Source: Thermoguttaceae bacterium (lineage in GTDB: Bacteria > Planctomycetota > Planctomycetia > Pirellulales > Thermoguttaceae). From it: a stretch of DNA of 64,000 nt. Where the stretch lies: contig JBEKFZ010000005.1 of NCBI GenBank assembly GCA_050013075.1, forward strand, positions 16,065-80,064, written 5' to 3'. Position numbers and translations under genes: made by a program. Position 1 is the first letter of the stretch; every line of letters begins with the position of its first letter. Of this stretch, positions 1 through 7,865 are shown in pieces. The notes under the pieces are model-generated. The model ran no database searches. It was not told the origin of the DNA and saw nothing but the letters and a program-made list of their open reading frames with translations.

Positions 1-2155
1 AATCGCAGGACAATCCGGCGAAAAGACCGTCGGGATGCCGGGCCAGCCAGAAAATGGTTTCATCCAGCAGGTTGAAAAACGGGCTGCGCAGGACGCCCAA
101 AAGGCTCAGGTGGTCGCAGGAACTTTCCAACGCCCTGAGCAGGTGCAATAGATCGAAAACTTCCTGCTGGGCGTAAAAGGCGTGTCCGCCGACAAGGTAG
201 TAATCGATGCTGTAGCGGCGCAAGGCTTCTTCGTAATATTCCACGTCGGTCAGGGCGCGGAACAACAGTGCGACGTCGCCGGGGCGGACCGGGCGCGTGG
301 CCGGCTTGCCCGCCTTGAAAGCCTCTTGGTCCCAAACAATTCTTTCGCCCGAATCGAGCATGGCGCGTATACGTCTGGCGATCCAATCGGCCTCCCGCCT
401 TCGCCGGCGCTCGGCGGGCGCTTGATCGCGCGTGGTTTCCTCATCAGCGTTATTTAAGAATGCCGCCTGGGCGATTGAAAGCGGATCGGTTGCGCCCGCG
501 TCGGCAATCTTTGTGGAATCAACGGCCCTCACCCTAGCCCTCTCCCGACCAACCTTCGGTCGGTGCCCGGAGAGGGGGCTTTTTTCATCCAAGGAAAGGG
601 AGTGGGGACTGTTTTCGTCCACGGAATCGGCATCGGCCGCCCATAAAAATTCCACGGCCGGCGTTGGGCTAATCTGTGGTTTATGGGCACGTAGGGGTTC
701 GTAATCCTGAAATTTCCCGCCGAACAAGGCGTTGACGAAATCCAAAATCGCCGGCTGGCTGCGAAAATTTAGTGAAAGCGGCAAGCGGCCCTGGGACGGA
801 ATCTGTTCGCCGAGACGGTGAAACACGCGCGGATCCGCGCCGCGGAACCGGTAAATCGATTGCTTGAAATCGCCCACGAAAAATAGTTTGCCCCCGGCGA
901 CTTCGTCGTCGCATAGGGCTTTGACCAGTTCCACCTGCAAGGGATCGGTGTCCTGAAATTCGTCGACCAAAAGCAGTTGCAAATTAGCGGCCCAGTGCTT
1001 GCGGAACTCTTTTTGCTTTGGTCCGACGAGCAGTTTTTTGGCATGGATCAAGAGGTCGTTGAAATCGAGCACGCCTAGGCTTTGTTTTTTGGCTTCGTAG
1101 GCCTGGCCCGCGCCGTCGGCCAGCCGGAGCAATTCGAGGCCGATTTCGGCCGCCGGCCGCGCCGCTTTAGGATCGAAAGATATTCGATCTTTGAAAGCGT
1201 CGATTGTATCGCGTAATGACTTGACCGCCTCGCGATATTTTTCATATAACTCTTCGCTGAGCCAATCTTTTTTCGTGCCGGCGCCCTTTATCATGGTTGC
1301 TTTGCGAAGTTCGGACAACGTGGCCGGCAGGTCGGCGCTTTCGGCCAAGTTGGGCAGATTATCGAGCAAAAATGCCATTTGTGCTTGCATCACCGCATGG
1401 CTGGAAGGATTTTGCCGGGCGATTTCCAATACGGTATTTGCCTCCGGCGAAGCCGCGATGGAACGCATCATGCGGGGCAAGGCTTCACGCCGGTGATAGT
1501 CCTGCCATTTTGCCGCAAGATCTTCGGCGGTTATGGTCCGCCAATAAGGCCAATCGATTTCATGGCGGCGAGCAAGTAGTTGTGCGATCATCTCGCCCAG
1601 TCCGCCGAGGCCGTAGAGCACCGTTAAATCGAGAACCGCTTGGACGGGTTCCGCCAATTTATCGCGGAGTTGATCGCCAATTAATTTGGTCAGCAGCATG
1701 TCGGCCTGGGCCTGATCCAGGACGCGAAACCTGGGGTCCAAGCCGGCTTCGACCGCGTGGCTGCGCAACAGCGAACCGCAGAAGGAATGGATCGTGCTGA
1801 TTCGCGCCGTGTCGATTTCACGGAGCAGTTCCAGCCAATACCCGACGTCCGCTTCAGGACATCCGATCAGCCGATTGCGGCATTTTTCCCGGATGCGGCC
1901 GCGCATTTCCCGGGCGGCACGTTCGGTAAAGGTGATGGCGACCAATTGTCCCAAGCGGGCCGGATCGGGGCCGCCCGGATCCAAATGCGAGAGGAAGCGT
2001 TCGGTCAGAACAAACGTCTTCCCGCAGCCGGCGCCCGCCGAAAGGGCCACGGAAACGTCGCGGGCGGCGATCGCCCGGCGCTGCTGGTCGGTGGGTGGCA
2101 CTGGCTGAGCCAGTGGCACGCGCGGGGGGTCGGATTTTATTGCGTCGGCAGCCAT
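1..2155 (-). CDS. addA: AddA/UvrD-type ATP-dependent helicase(-nuclease) subunit, N-terminal ~718 codons only. The ORF runs off the left edge, so it is absent from the ORF track.
   Basis: Manual translation from ATG at 2155-2153 gives MAADAIKSDPP...VALSAGAGCGKTFVLTERF (Walker A), ITFTERAAREMRGRI and ISTIHSFCGSLL (UvrD-type motifs). I translated 721-180 and ~100 codons from the ATG; neither has a stop (...YYLVGGHAFYAQQEVFDLLHLLRAL...). Openness of the rest is inferred because no minus-strand ORF in this frame appears in the track. The start overlaps the addB stop by 19 nt. Confidence 0.85.
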   Translation of the reverse strand, partial: MAADAIKSDPPRVPLAQPVPPTDQQRRAIAARDVSVALSAGAGCGKTFVLTERFLSHLDPGGPDPARLGQLVAITFTERAAREMRGRIREKCRNRLIGCPEADVGYWLELLREIDTARISTIHSFCGSLLRSHAVEAGLDPRFRVLDQAQADMLLTKLIGDQLRDKLAEPVQAVLDLTVLYGLGGLGEMIAQLLARRHEIDWPYWRTITAEDLAAKWQDYHRREALPRMMRSIAASPEANTVLEIARQNPSSHAVMQAQMAFLLDNLPNLAESADLPATLSELRKATMIKGAGTKKDWLSEELYEKYREAVKSLRDTIDAFKDRISFDPKAARPAAEIGLELLRLADGAGQAYEAKKQSLGVLDFNDLLIHAKKLLVGPKQKEFRKHWAANLQLLLVDEFQDTDPLQVELVKALCDDEVAGGKLFFVGDFKQSIYRFRGADPRVFHRLGEQIPSQGRLPLSLNFRSQPAILDFVNALFGGKFQDYEPLRAHKPQISPTPAVEFLWAADADSVDENSPHSLSLDEKSPLSGHRPKVGRERARVRAVDSTKIADAGATDPLSIAQAAFLNNADEETTRDQAPAERRRRREADWIARRIRAMLDSGERIVWDQEAFKAGKPATRPVRPGDVALLFRALTDVEYYEEALRRYSIDYYLVGGHAFYAQQEVFDLLHLLRALESSCDHLSLLGVLRSPFFNLLDETIFWLARHPDGLFAGLSCD
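538..577. repeat. REP-like nested GC palindrome embedded in frame in addA
   Basis: CCCTCTCC(538-545)/GGAGAGGG(570-577) is the outer stem and CGACC(546-550)/GGTCG(558-562) the inner stem. It translates in the addA frame as ...SPLSGHRPKVGRERARVRA... Confidence 0.6.
2091..2119. repeat. 29-nt repeat copy 1 (inside addA codons)
   Basis: GTGGGTGGCACTGGCTGAGCCAGTGGCAC is identical to 4465-4493. It contains the CACTGG/CCAGTG inverted core. Confidence 0.9.
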
Positions 2156-5100
2156 GTCTTCTCCAAAGAGCGAATCTGCCTGATGCGGCAAAGCGTGCTT
2201 AAAGGGCAATAACTAGTGCAATGTTGATCGAGGTTGAAAACCGGAAACCGGCCGCGACGAATGTTTTGAACCAACGAGGGAATTATTTTCTCCACGTCCA
2301 TGCGTATTGTTTCCCAATTTTCAGATGGCATGACGACATCGTCGCATTGTTCGAACATCACAAGCGATTGTTTCGGCTTGAAGCCGTCCTTGGCGACGTT
2401 CCAATAACCTGCCCGCCAAGGTCTGCAGTCGCGATCGTTCAGAATCAACTTCGCTGCGGCCAAGGCATATAGCGGCAGTTGCAGGGCAGTGCCGCGTTTT
2501 GCTTCGTCGTCGGAGAATTTCAACGATTTGCCGGTTTTATAATCCAGGATATTGAATATGTTTATGCCGGCGATTTTGCCGGCGTCGATGCGGTCGATGC
2601 GTCCGGAAACGCGGATCGATTGTTTTCCGTCGGCAAATTCCAGCGGCTCATCGATTGCAATCGCGTCGGCCTCGCGGTGTTTTGATTCGCCAAATGAGGT
2701 TTCGAAAAACTCCGGAACAAGCGGCTCATCATATTCCGACCACAATTTGTCGTAAGATTCGCACTGCTTGCGGTACTCTGCGAGCCATTTGGCGATCAAG
2801 CGGCGGTTTATTTCCCCAAGCGCGGCGCGAACCGGATTGTTCGACTGCGCGGGGAGCGAATCTTGCAACGCATTTTCAAGCATCCGATCGAACTCGTCCT
2901 GGGCAAGTTCCAGCGGGGAGGCGGGACGTCCGAACGATTCGTTAACCCGGCGATGGAACAAGGCCAATGCCTCATGGACGATCCGACCGCGTTCCAAAGC
3001 GTCCAGTTGCATGGTTATATCTTCCAGCGGCTCCAGTTTCAGGATGTTTTGCAAAAGGAAACGGTAAGGGCAAGAGGCGTACTGCTCCAGTTCGGAGGCG
3101 GTGAAGCATCGCTTGGATGGAAATTCCTTGGCAAGGAGTTTTTGCGCCGGTTTGCCGAGAAATACGCCCTCGGCCGGACCGAAATCCTTGCGATCCTGAC
3201 GGAGAATGATCGTTTCCAATCCGGCCGGTAGATTGGCGATTTTACTTTGCAATAAGCCCGCAAAAAGCGATATGTCGCCGGATGGAGCAAGGGCGTCGGC
3301 TACGGCCTTGACGCGGAATTGGGCTGCTGACAGAGGCTCATCGCCGGCTGGAATAGGGCGAAGATCGGCGGCCGGCGCGCGGACAATTTCCCTACCGCCG
3401 CAAGCCTGTATCACTTCGATAAGGTATGGACTGGGCGAAAGCGGCTGGGCGGCCTCGTCCAAGGACGGATAACTTAAGTACAAACGCCTGGTCGCCCGGG
3501 TTAACGCCTCGTAAAACAACAACATCTCTTCCCGAGCACGTTCCGTCCGCGCGACGAGAGGCAAGCCTTTTTCGATCAGTTCCAGATACTCGGCTTCGCT
3601 GTAGAGCCGTTCCTCGCGGTCGGGCGGGGGGAACGCCTTTTCCGACAATCCAGCCAAAAAAAGATATGGCACTTGCAGCGATCGGACGCTTGCCGCGGAA
3701 AGCACTCGCACCCGGCCCGACTCGTCGTCTACCACGAGCATCCGTTCACTTGCCAATATATCCAGGAGAACTTGAAAGGCCTCCTTGCGATCCAGTTCCT
3801 CGGCACGGCGATGCAACCAGCGGGCAATTTGTTCGCCGGCCGACAGCGCGGTCATCAGGCGATTCCAGGCATTTTTGTCATCCGAATCAGTATCCCGCAA
3901 CAGGCCGATTTCTCGGGCGAGTTTTTCCCAGGCTTTGGCCCATTGCGGCAAGGCGGCTTTTACGGGCAACTCGTCGAATGCGCCCGCCAAACGATTTAGT
4001 ATGCTTAGGGCGGGATTGTCCTCTGATACGGCAGTAAGCTGGTCGAGCAACTGCTTTCGGCCATGGGGAATCTGCAAATTCCGGATGGTTTTTTCCACTA
4101 TCGCGGCCGATTTGCCGGCCTGCCATTCGCACCAGTCGGGCTGGAAATAGTTATTACCTAAAACTCCCAACAGCCCGCGGAAGGGCCAATCGTCCAGATC
4201 CAGTTGCAAGATAGACTTTAGCGCCTGCATTACCGGGATTCGATCCAGCTTTTGTCCCATTTCCCAAGCCGCCGGAATGCCAAGCCGATTGAAGACCTCG
4301 GCGGCCAGTCCGCCGTCGTCTTGCGGGGACCGGAATACGACGGCGATTTCGCCCGGCCGCGCGATCCCTTCCGCTAAAAGCCGTTTAATTCTTGCTCCCA
4401 CAAGTTCCATTTCGCCTTGAGGTTTTGCGGCGGATAGAATTTCGATGCCTTCGGTGTTGGGTGCGTGGGTGGCACTGGCTGAGCCAGTGGCACACGTGCG
4501 GGGATTGATAAACAGGTTTTTTTCCAGATGAATTATGGCCGGCCAGGGAGGATTTTCAGGCCGCGGAAGTTCAATTACCGATAAATTGCTGTGCCGCCGC
4601 TTTAACTCCTTTAATGTTTTAAGCGGCTTGCCGAACAAATCGTTGCGGCAAGGTTCCGACTCCAAGGGCAGGGAAATGATGATTTCGTCGACCCAGCCGG
4701 CAAGCAATTCAAGAATTTCGTGCTGGGTGCGAGTGAAGTCGGTAAATCCGTCGGCAACGGCCAAACGCAGATTTTCAAACGGCCTGCGATGCCCTTGTTG
4801 CAGCCAATCGCGGGCCGACCATAATCGGCCTTCGGCGTCGTACAGTTGATTCTCACGCAGGATAAGTTGATAAGCCTCGTAAAGCTCCAGTAATTCCCGA
4901 TCCTTAGCGGTAAATCCTCGGGCCTGGCACGCGCGGCGAAGATCCTCGGGCCATATTTCCAAGCGTTTCAATTCACTGATTAGTTCGCAGACAAGGTCGA
5001 CCAAACCGCTACTTGAGACGATAGGAAGAAAGTGTCCAATTCGGCCGCGGGCAAGTTGCTCGCCGATCAAATGTCGCACGAGTTGCCGCTTCACGGAACT

Positions 5101-5448
5101 GCTCAAAGGCCGGATCGACCGCGGGGGATTGTCCTGATTTTCCGGGCACCATGCCGGCAGCATGGTCGGCGAAAATGAGACTGTTCCCTTATGACGCATC
5201 GGCTCTGGGAAAGATTCAAGAATGGCTTGAGCGAATTTATCGAAAGTGAAGACGCCCGGTTCCCAACAGGCTTGCAGTTCAGCACCTGGAATGCGATTGC
5301 GCACGTCTGCCGCCGCTCGCCAGGTAGGCGCCAACCATAATACATTTCCCGGTTTGCCGCCGTGCAATGCCGCCCTGTAACGCGAGAGCAAATAGTGTGT
5401 TTTTCCGCTTTGCGCCGGTCCAGTTACAATAATAAGGGAAGCAACCAT
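2137..5448 (-). CDS. addB: AddB-type helicase-nuclease subunit B (PD-(D/E)XK nuclease with Cys cluster)
   Basis: 1103-aa ORF with N-terminal Walker A GPAQSGKTH. The C-terminal nuclease core ILDYKTGK is bracketed by Cys residues (ASCPYRF ... HCTSYCPLSTLC), as in the AddB Fe-S domain. It is translationally overlapped with addA. Confidence 0.85.
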   Translation of the reverse strand: MVASLIIVTGPAQSGKTHYLLSRYRAALHGGKPGNVLWLAPTWRAAADVRNRIPGAELQACWEPGVFTFDKFAQAILESFPEPMRHKGTVSFSPTMLPAWCPENQDNPPRSIRPLSSSVKRQLVRHLIGEQLARGRIGHFLPIVSSSGLVDLVCELISELKRLEIWPEDLRRACQARGFTAKDRELLELYEAYQLILRENQLYDAEGRLWSARDWLQQGHRRPFENLRLAVADGFTDFTRTQHEILELLAGWVDEIIISLPLESEPCRNDLFGKPLKTLKELKRRHSNLSVIELPRPENPPWPAIIHLEKNLFINPRTCATGSASATHAPNTEGIEILSAAKPQGEMELVGARIKRLLAEGIARPGEIAVVFRSPQDDGGLAAEVFNRLGIPAAWEMGQKLDRIPVMQALKSILQLDLDDWPFRGLLGVLGNNYFQPDWCEWQAGKSAAIVEKTIRNLQIPHGRKQLLDQLTAVSEDNPALSILNRLAGAFDELPVKAALPQWAKAWEKLAREIGLLRDTDSDDKNAWNRLMTALSAGEQIARWLHRRAEELDRKEAFQVLLDILASERMLVVDDESGRVRVLSAASVRSLQVPYLFLAGLSEKAFPPPDREERLYSEAEYLELIEKGLPLVARTERAREEMLLFYEALTRATRRLYLSYPSLDEAAQPLSPSPYLIEVIQACGGREIVRAPAADLRPIPAGDEPLSAAQFRVKAVADALAPSGDISLFAGLLQSKIANLPAGLETIILRQDRKDFGPAEGVFLGKPAQKLLAKEFPSKRCFTASELEQYASCPYRFLLQNILKLEPLEDITMQLDALERGRIVHEALALFHRRVNESFGRPASPLELAQDEFDRMLENALQDSLPAQSNNPVRAALGEINRRLIAKWLAEYRKQCESYDKLWSEYDEPLVPEFFETSFGESKHREADAIAIDEPLEFADGKQSIRVSGRIDRIDAGKIAGINIFNILDYKTGKSLKFSDDEAKRGTALQLPLYALAAAKLILNDRDCRPWRAGYWNVAKDGFKPKQSLVMFEQCDDVVMPSENWETIRMDVEKIIPSLVQNIRRGRFPVFNLDQHCTSYCPLSTLCRIRQIRSLEKTWLPTQ
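4465..4493. repeat. 29-nt repeat copy 2 (inside addB codons, different reading frame)
   Basis: Identical to 2091-2119. Here it encodes ...ATGSASATHA..., whereas in addA it encodes ...VPLAQPVPPT... Confidence 0.9.
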
Positions 5449-5696
5449 GTGAATAATTGTGGCTCTTCCGGTTTATTGTAAGAAAGTTTGACAACATTGT
5501 AAGTGTATTGGCTACTATAAGTTTTATTTATAGAAGCAACAGTGATAATTATGTAACAAAAAATACGATGTGTATCATAAATGGACATAATTGACATGGT
5601 TAGTAAAAAACCGGCAGTATTGGTCGTATTGATCGGAACACTGGGATTGGCAGCAAGTTGTAATAGTTCGATTATTAAAAATTATTGAAAAACCCT

Positions 5697-5726
5697 TTGA
5701 CAAAGTAGTAGCCGATAACATAGAAT
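5697..5726 (+). promoter_or_regulatory. Possible sigma70-like promoter for the DUF1559 gene
   Basis: TTGACA (5697-5702), an 18-nt spacer, then TAGAAT (5721-5726), in an AT-rich intergenic region about 180 nt upstream of the ATG at 5909. Confidence 0.3.
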
Positions 5727-5908
5727 CAGAGGCGTCGGGGAAGAGTGTTAAAAATCTTCCTGCGCGTACTGGGACGAGAAGTGACGGCAGTATAATACTG
5801 CGGAGTTGCCTCATTTCCATTATTGTGTATGTGTAGTATGTAGTCTGCGGCGGTGGTCGCCGCGGATATTTACCGTTTTTATCTTTTTATTTTTATGGAG
5901 GTGGTCTT

Positions 5909-7048
5909 ATGAAAAATTATTCGAGGAAGAGGGGTTTCACCCTCGTGGAATTGCTGGTGGTGATTGCCATCATCGGCATTTTGATCGCCTTGCTTTTGCC
6001 GGCGATCCAAGCGGCGCGTGAAGCTGCACGGCGGGCGGCCTGCATCAACAATTTGAAGCAGATTGGTTTGGCCTTTCACAATTATCACGACGCCAACCAT
6101 CATTTTCCACCGTCCGCGAGAAACGCGTATACCAACGGCACCAGAATAATCTGTGGGCCTAGTCATCTCTTATTGTTACTCCCCATGATGGAGTATGGAG
6201 CAATGTATGACACGTTGAATACTAGTTACGTGCTCAAGAACTCGAATATGGGCACTAATGCGAATTGGGTGTATGTCTGCACTGACTCCAACATGATGAC
6301 CGCACGCGACACCCTAATCCCGGAACTGGCATGTCCAAGCAATCCTAATAGTTTATACCTGAACTCAACTGGTGGCGCGGGAAGCAGAATCGCCTTTACC
6401 AACTATAAGGCCATGGGCGCGTCGAATATGATAAGTTTGTCCGCTTGCTTATCTACCGCTGGAGTTACTCCTTACCCTAACGGCGGAGTTACAGGAGCCA
6501 CAACACCAGATGGCGCCATTTACCCAGCAGGTACTGGAAATAATATATCCGCTCTCATCGATGGCACTGCTCACACAATCATAAGTGTGGAAACCATGGA
6601 TTTTTCAGGTAACCCTGCAACGCCGTCAACTGCTACCAGCGCTTGGTTTGCCGGCACATCCGCCACTCTTGCAGGCGTGCCCACAAACACTGGCACAGCC
6701 CAAATTACTTACCAGGCAGCGAGCGCAACCGGATTTCCTTTCGTTGCTCCGAACACTTTTAATGGGAAATATTACGAAGACGCTTCGACATATATCCAGG
6801 GATTGCGTACGTATTTGGCATACGATTTCCCGGGTACTGACAAAGGAAAATACCCTGACCCCAACACCCCTGTGGTAGGCGCCTGGATTGCAAACATGTA
6901 CGGCCCTTCGTCAGGACATCCGACCGTGGTGAACCATTTGATGGGAGATGGGGCGGTACACACCGTTAGGAAAGATGTCGACTTTGCCATGTACTTCTTT
7001 GCCATTACCAGGAATAACGGCGATCCCGCCCCGGACTTTGAACGATAA
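5909..7048 (+). CDS. DUF1559 family protein with prepilin-type N-terminal cleavage/methylation motif (H-X9-DG protein)
   Basis: [35 protein letters not shown] at the N-terminus. C-terminal [12 protein letters not shown] matches H-X9-DG. GGAGGTG Shine-Dalgarno sequence just upstream. Confidence 0.9.
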   Translation: MKNYSRKRGFTLVELLVVIAIIGILIALLLPAIQAAREAARRAACINNLKQIGLAFHNYHDANHHFPPSARNAYTNGTRIICGPSHLLLLLPMMEYGAMYDTLNTSYVLKNSNMGTNANWVYVCTDSNMMTARDTLIPELACPSNPNSLYLNSTGGAGSRIAFTNYKAMGASNMISLSACLSTAGVTPYPNGGVTGATTPDGAIYPAGTGNNISALIDGTAHTIISVETMDFSGNPATPSTATSAWFAGTSATLAGVPTNTGTAQITYQAASATGFPFVAPNTFNGKYYEDASTYIQGLRTYLAYDFPGTDKGKYPDPNTPVVGAWIANMYGPSSGHPTVVNHLMGDGAVHTVRKDVDFAMYFFAITRNNGDPAPDFER

Positions 7049-7118
7049 CGCATAATCCCCTTACTAGTTGGGACGACAGTTTAACAGCCGCCCCGCCGGG
7101 GGTTTAAGACGCAATTTT

Positions 7119-7158
7119 AAACTGCTGTTCTCCTTTTTTGGGGAGCAGCAGTTTTTTC
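7119..7158 (+). terminator. Intrinsic terminator after the DUF1559 gene
   Basis: AAACTGCTG..CTCC stem pairs with GGAG.CAGCAGTTT and is followed by a T-run (7152-7157). Confidence 0.6.
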
Positions 7159-7245
7159 TTCCCCTCTTGCTTTTTTGCGATAACTTTTTTAAAAAACAAG
7201 GTAAAGATTCGCATAAAAAATAACATAGCCGTTTTTTTCTTAGAA

Positions 7246-7330
7246 GCCGAAGTGGCGGAATTGGCAGACGCGCTAGGTTCAGGACCTAGTTCCCGTCAAG
7301 GGAGTGCAGGTTCAAGTCCTGTCTTCGGCA
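7246..7330 (+). tRNA. tRNA-Leu(CAG), class II with long variable arm; CCA not encoded
   Basis: Acceptor GCCGAAG/CTTCGGC, anticodon stem CTAGG/CCTAG with loop TTCAGGA, variable arm TTCCCGTCAAGGGAGT, T-loop TTCAAGT. Confidence 0.9.
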
Positions 7331-7569
7331 CTTTACGGCATTTGGCCCGATTGGACCAAAGTATACATCCTGCCCGTTAATTCGGACACGGGCTTACCCA
7401 GAAGCCTTGTGAGGTTAGATAAGAGGGGATTTTTTACAAGGACATGGCATAAATGCGACTCCTTTCAGGAGTTTCATGGTAGGTTTACCACGAAATCCCG
7501 TACTGTTGAGCCGCACTTTCCGGCATGGAAAGAAGTTCCTAAGTCTAGGGACCGGCTGGATTTATGTTA

Positions 7570-7586
7570 AAGTCGGGGCGACTGGA
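7570..7586. repeat. 17-bp relic of the tRNA-Pro 3' end (old att site)
   Basis: AAGTCGGGGCGACTGGA is identical to 55010-55026. The upstream TTTATGT also matches 55002-55008, with one substitution and one extra base between. Confidence 0.7.
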
Positions 7587-7865
7587 CGCCAGTAGAACTT
7601 TTTCTGCGGGGTGCCGCGTCCATCGAAGCCCATATCCGACGCCTCATCCTTGCCTTCGTCCAAGGCACCCGACCCCCACATTAGAGCGGATTGTTGTTGG
7701 ACTGGTAAATGCCGGCTCTAGTGAAACCGGCGGCCGCGAGCCGTGGAGCCGACCATCGGCGGCCGCGGCGTCCCGACAGGGTAACGCATTTCCCAAACCC
7801 TTACCGATCATCCGACAATACCGGCGGATCGAAAATCGGTTTGACCCCCGCGTGATGATACTTCT

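Noticed and set aside
182-5497. Dozens of 60-200-aa ORFs on both strands overlapping addA/addB (e.g. 1297..1800+, 1757..2212+, 3426..4037+)
   Set aside because: They are Arg/Pro/Gly/Ala-rich shadow frames of high-GC genes. The long minus-strand frames carry clear helicase and nuclease motifs and explain the region.
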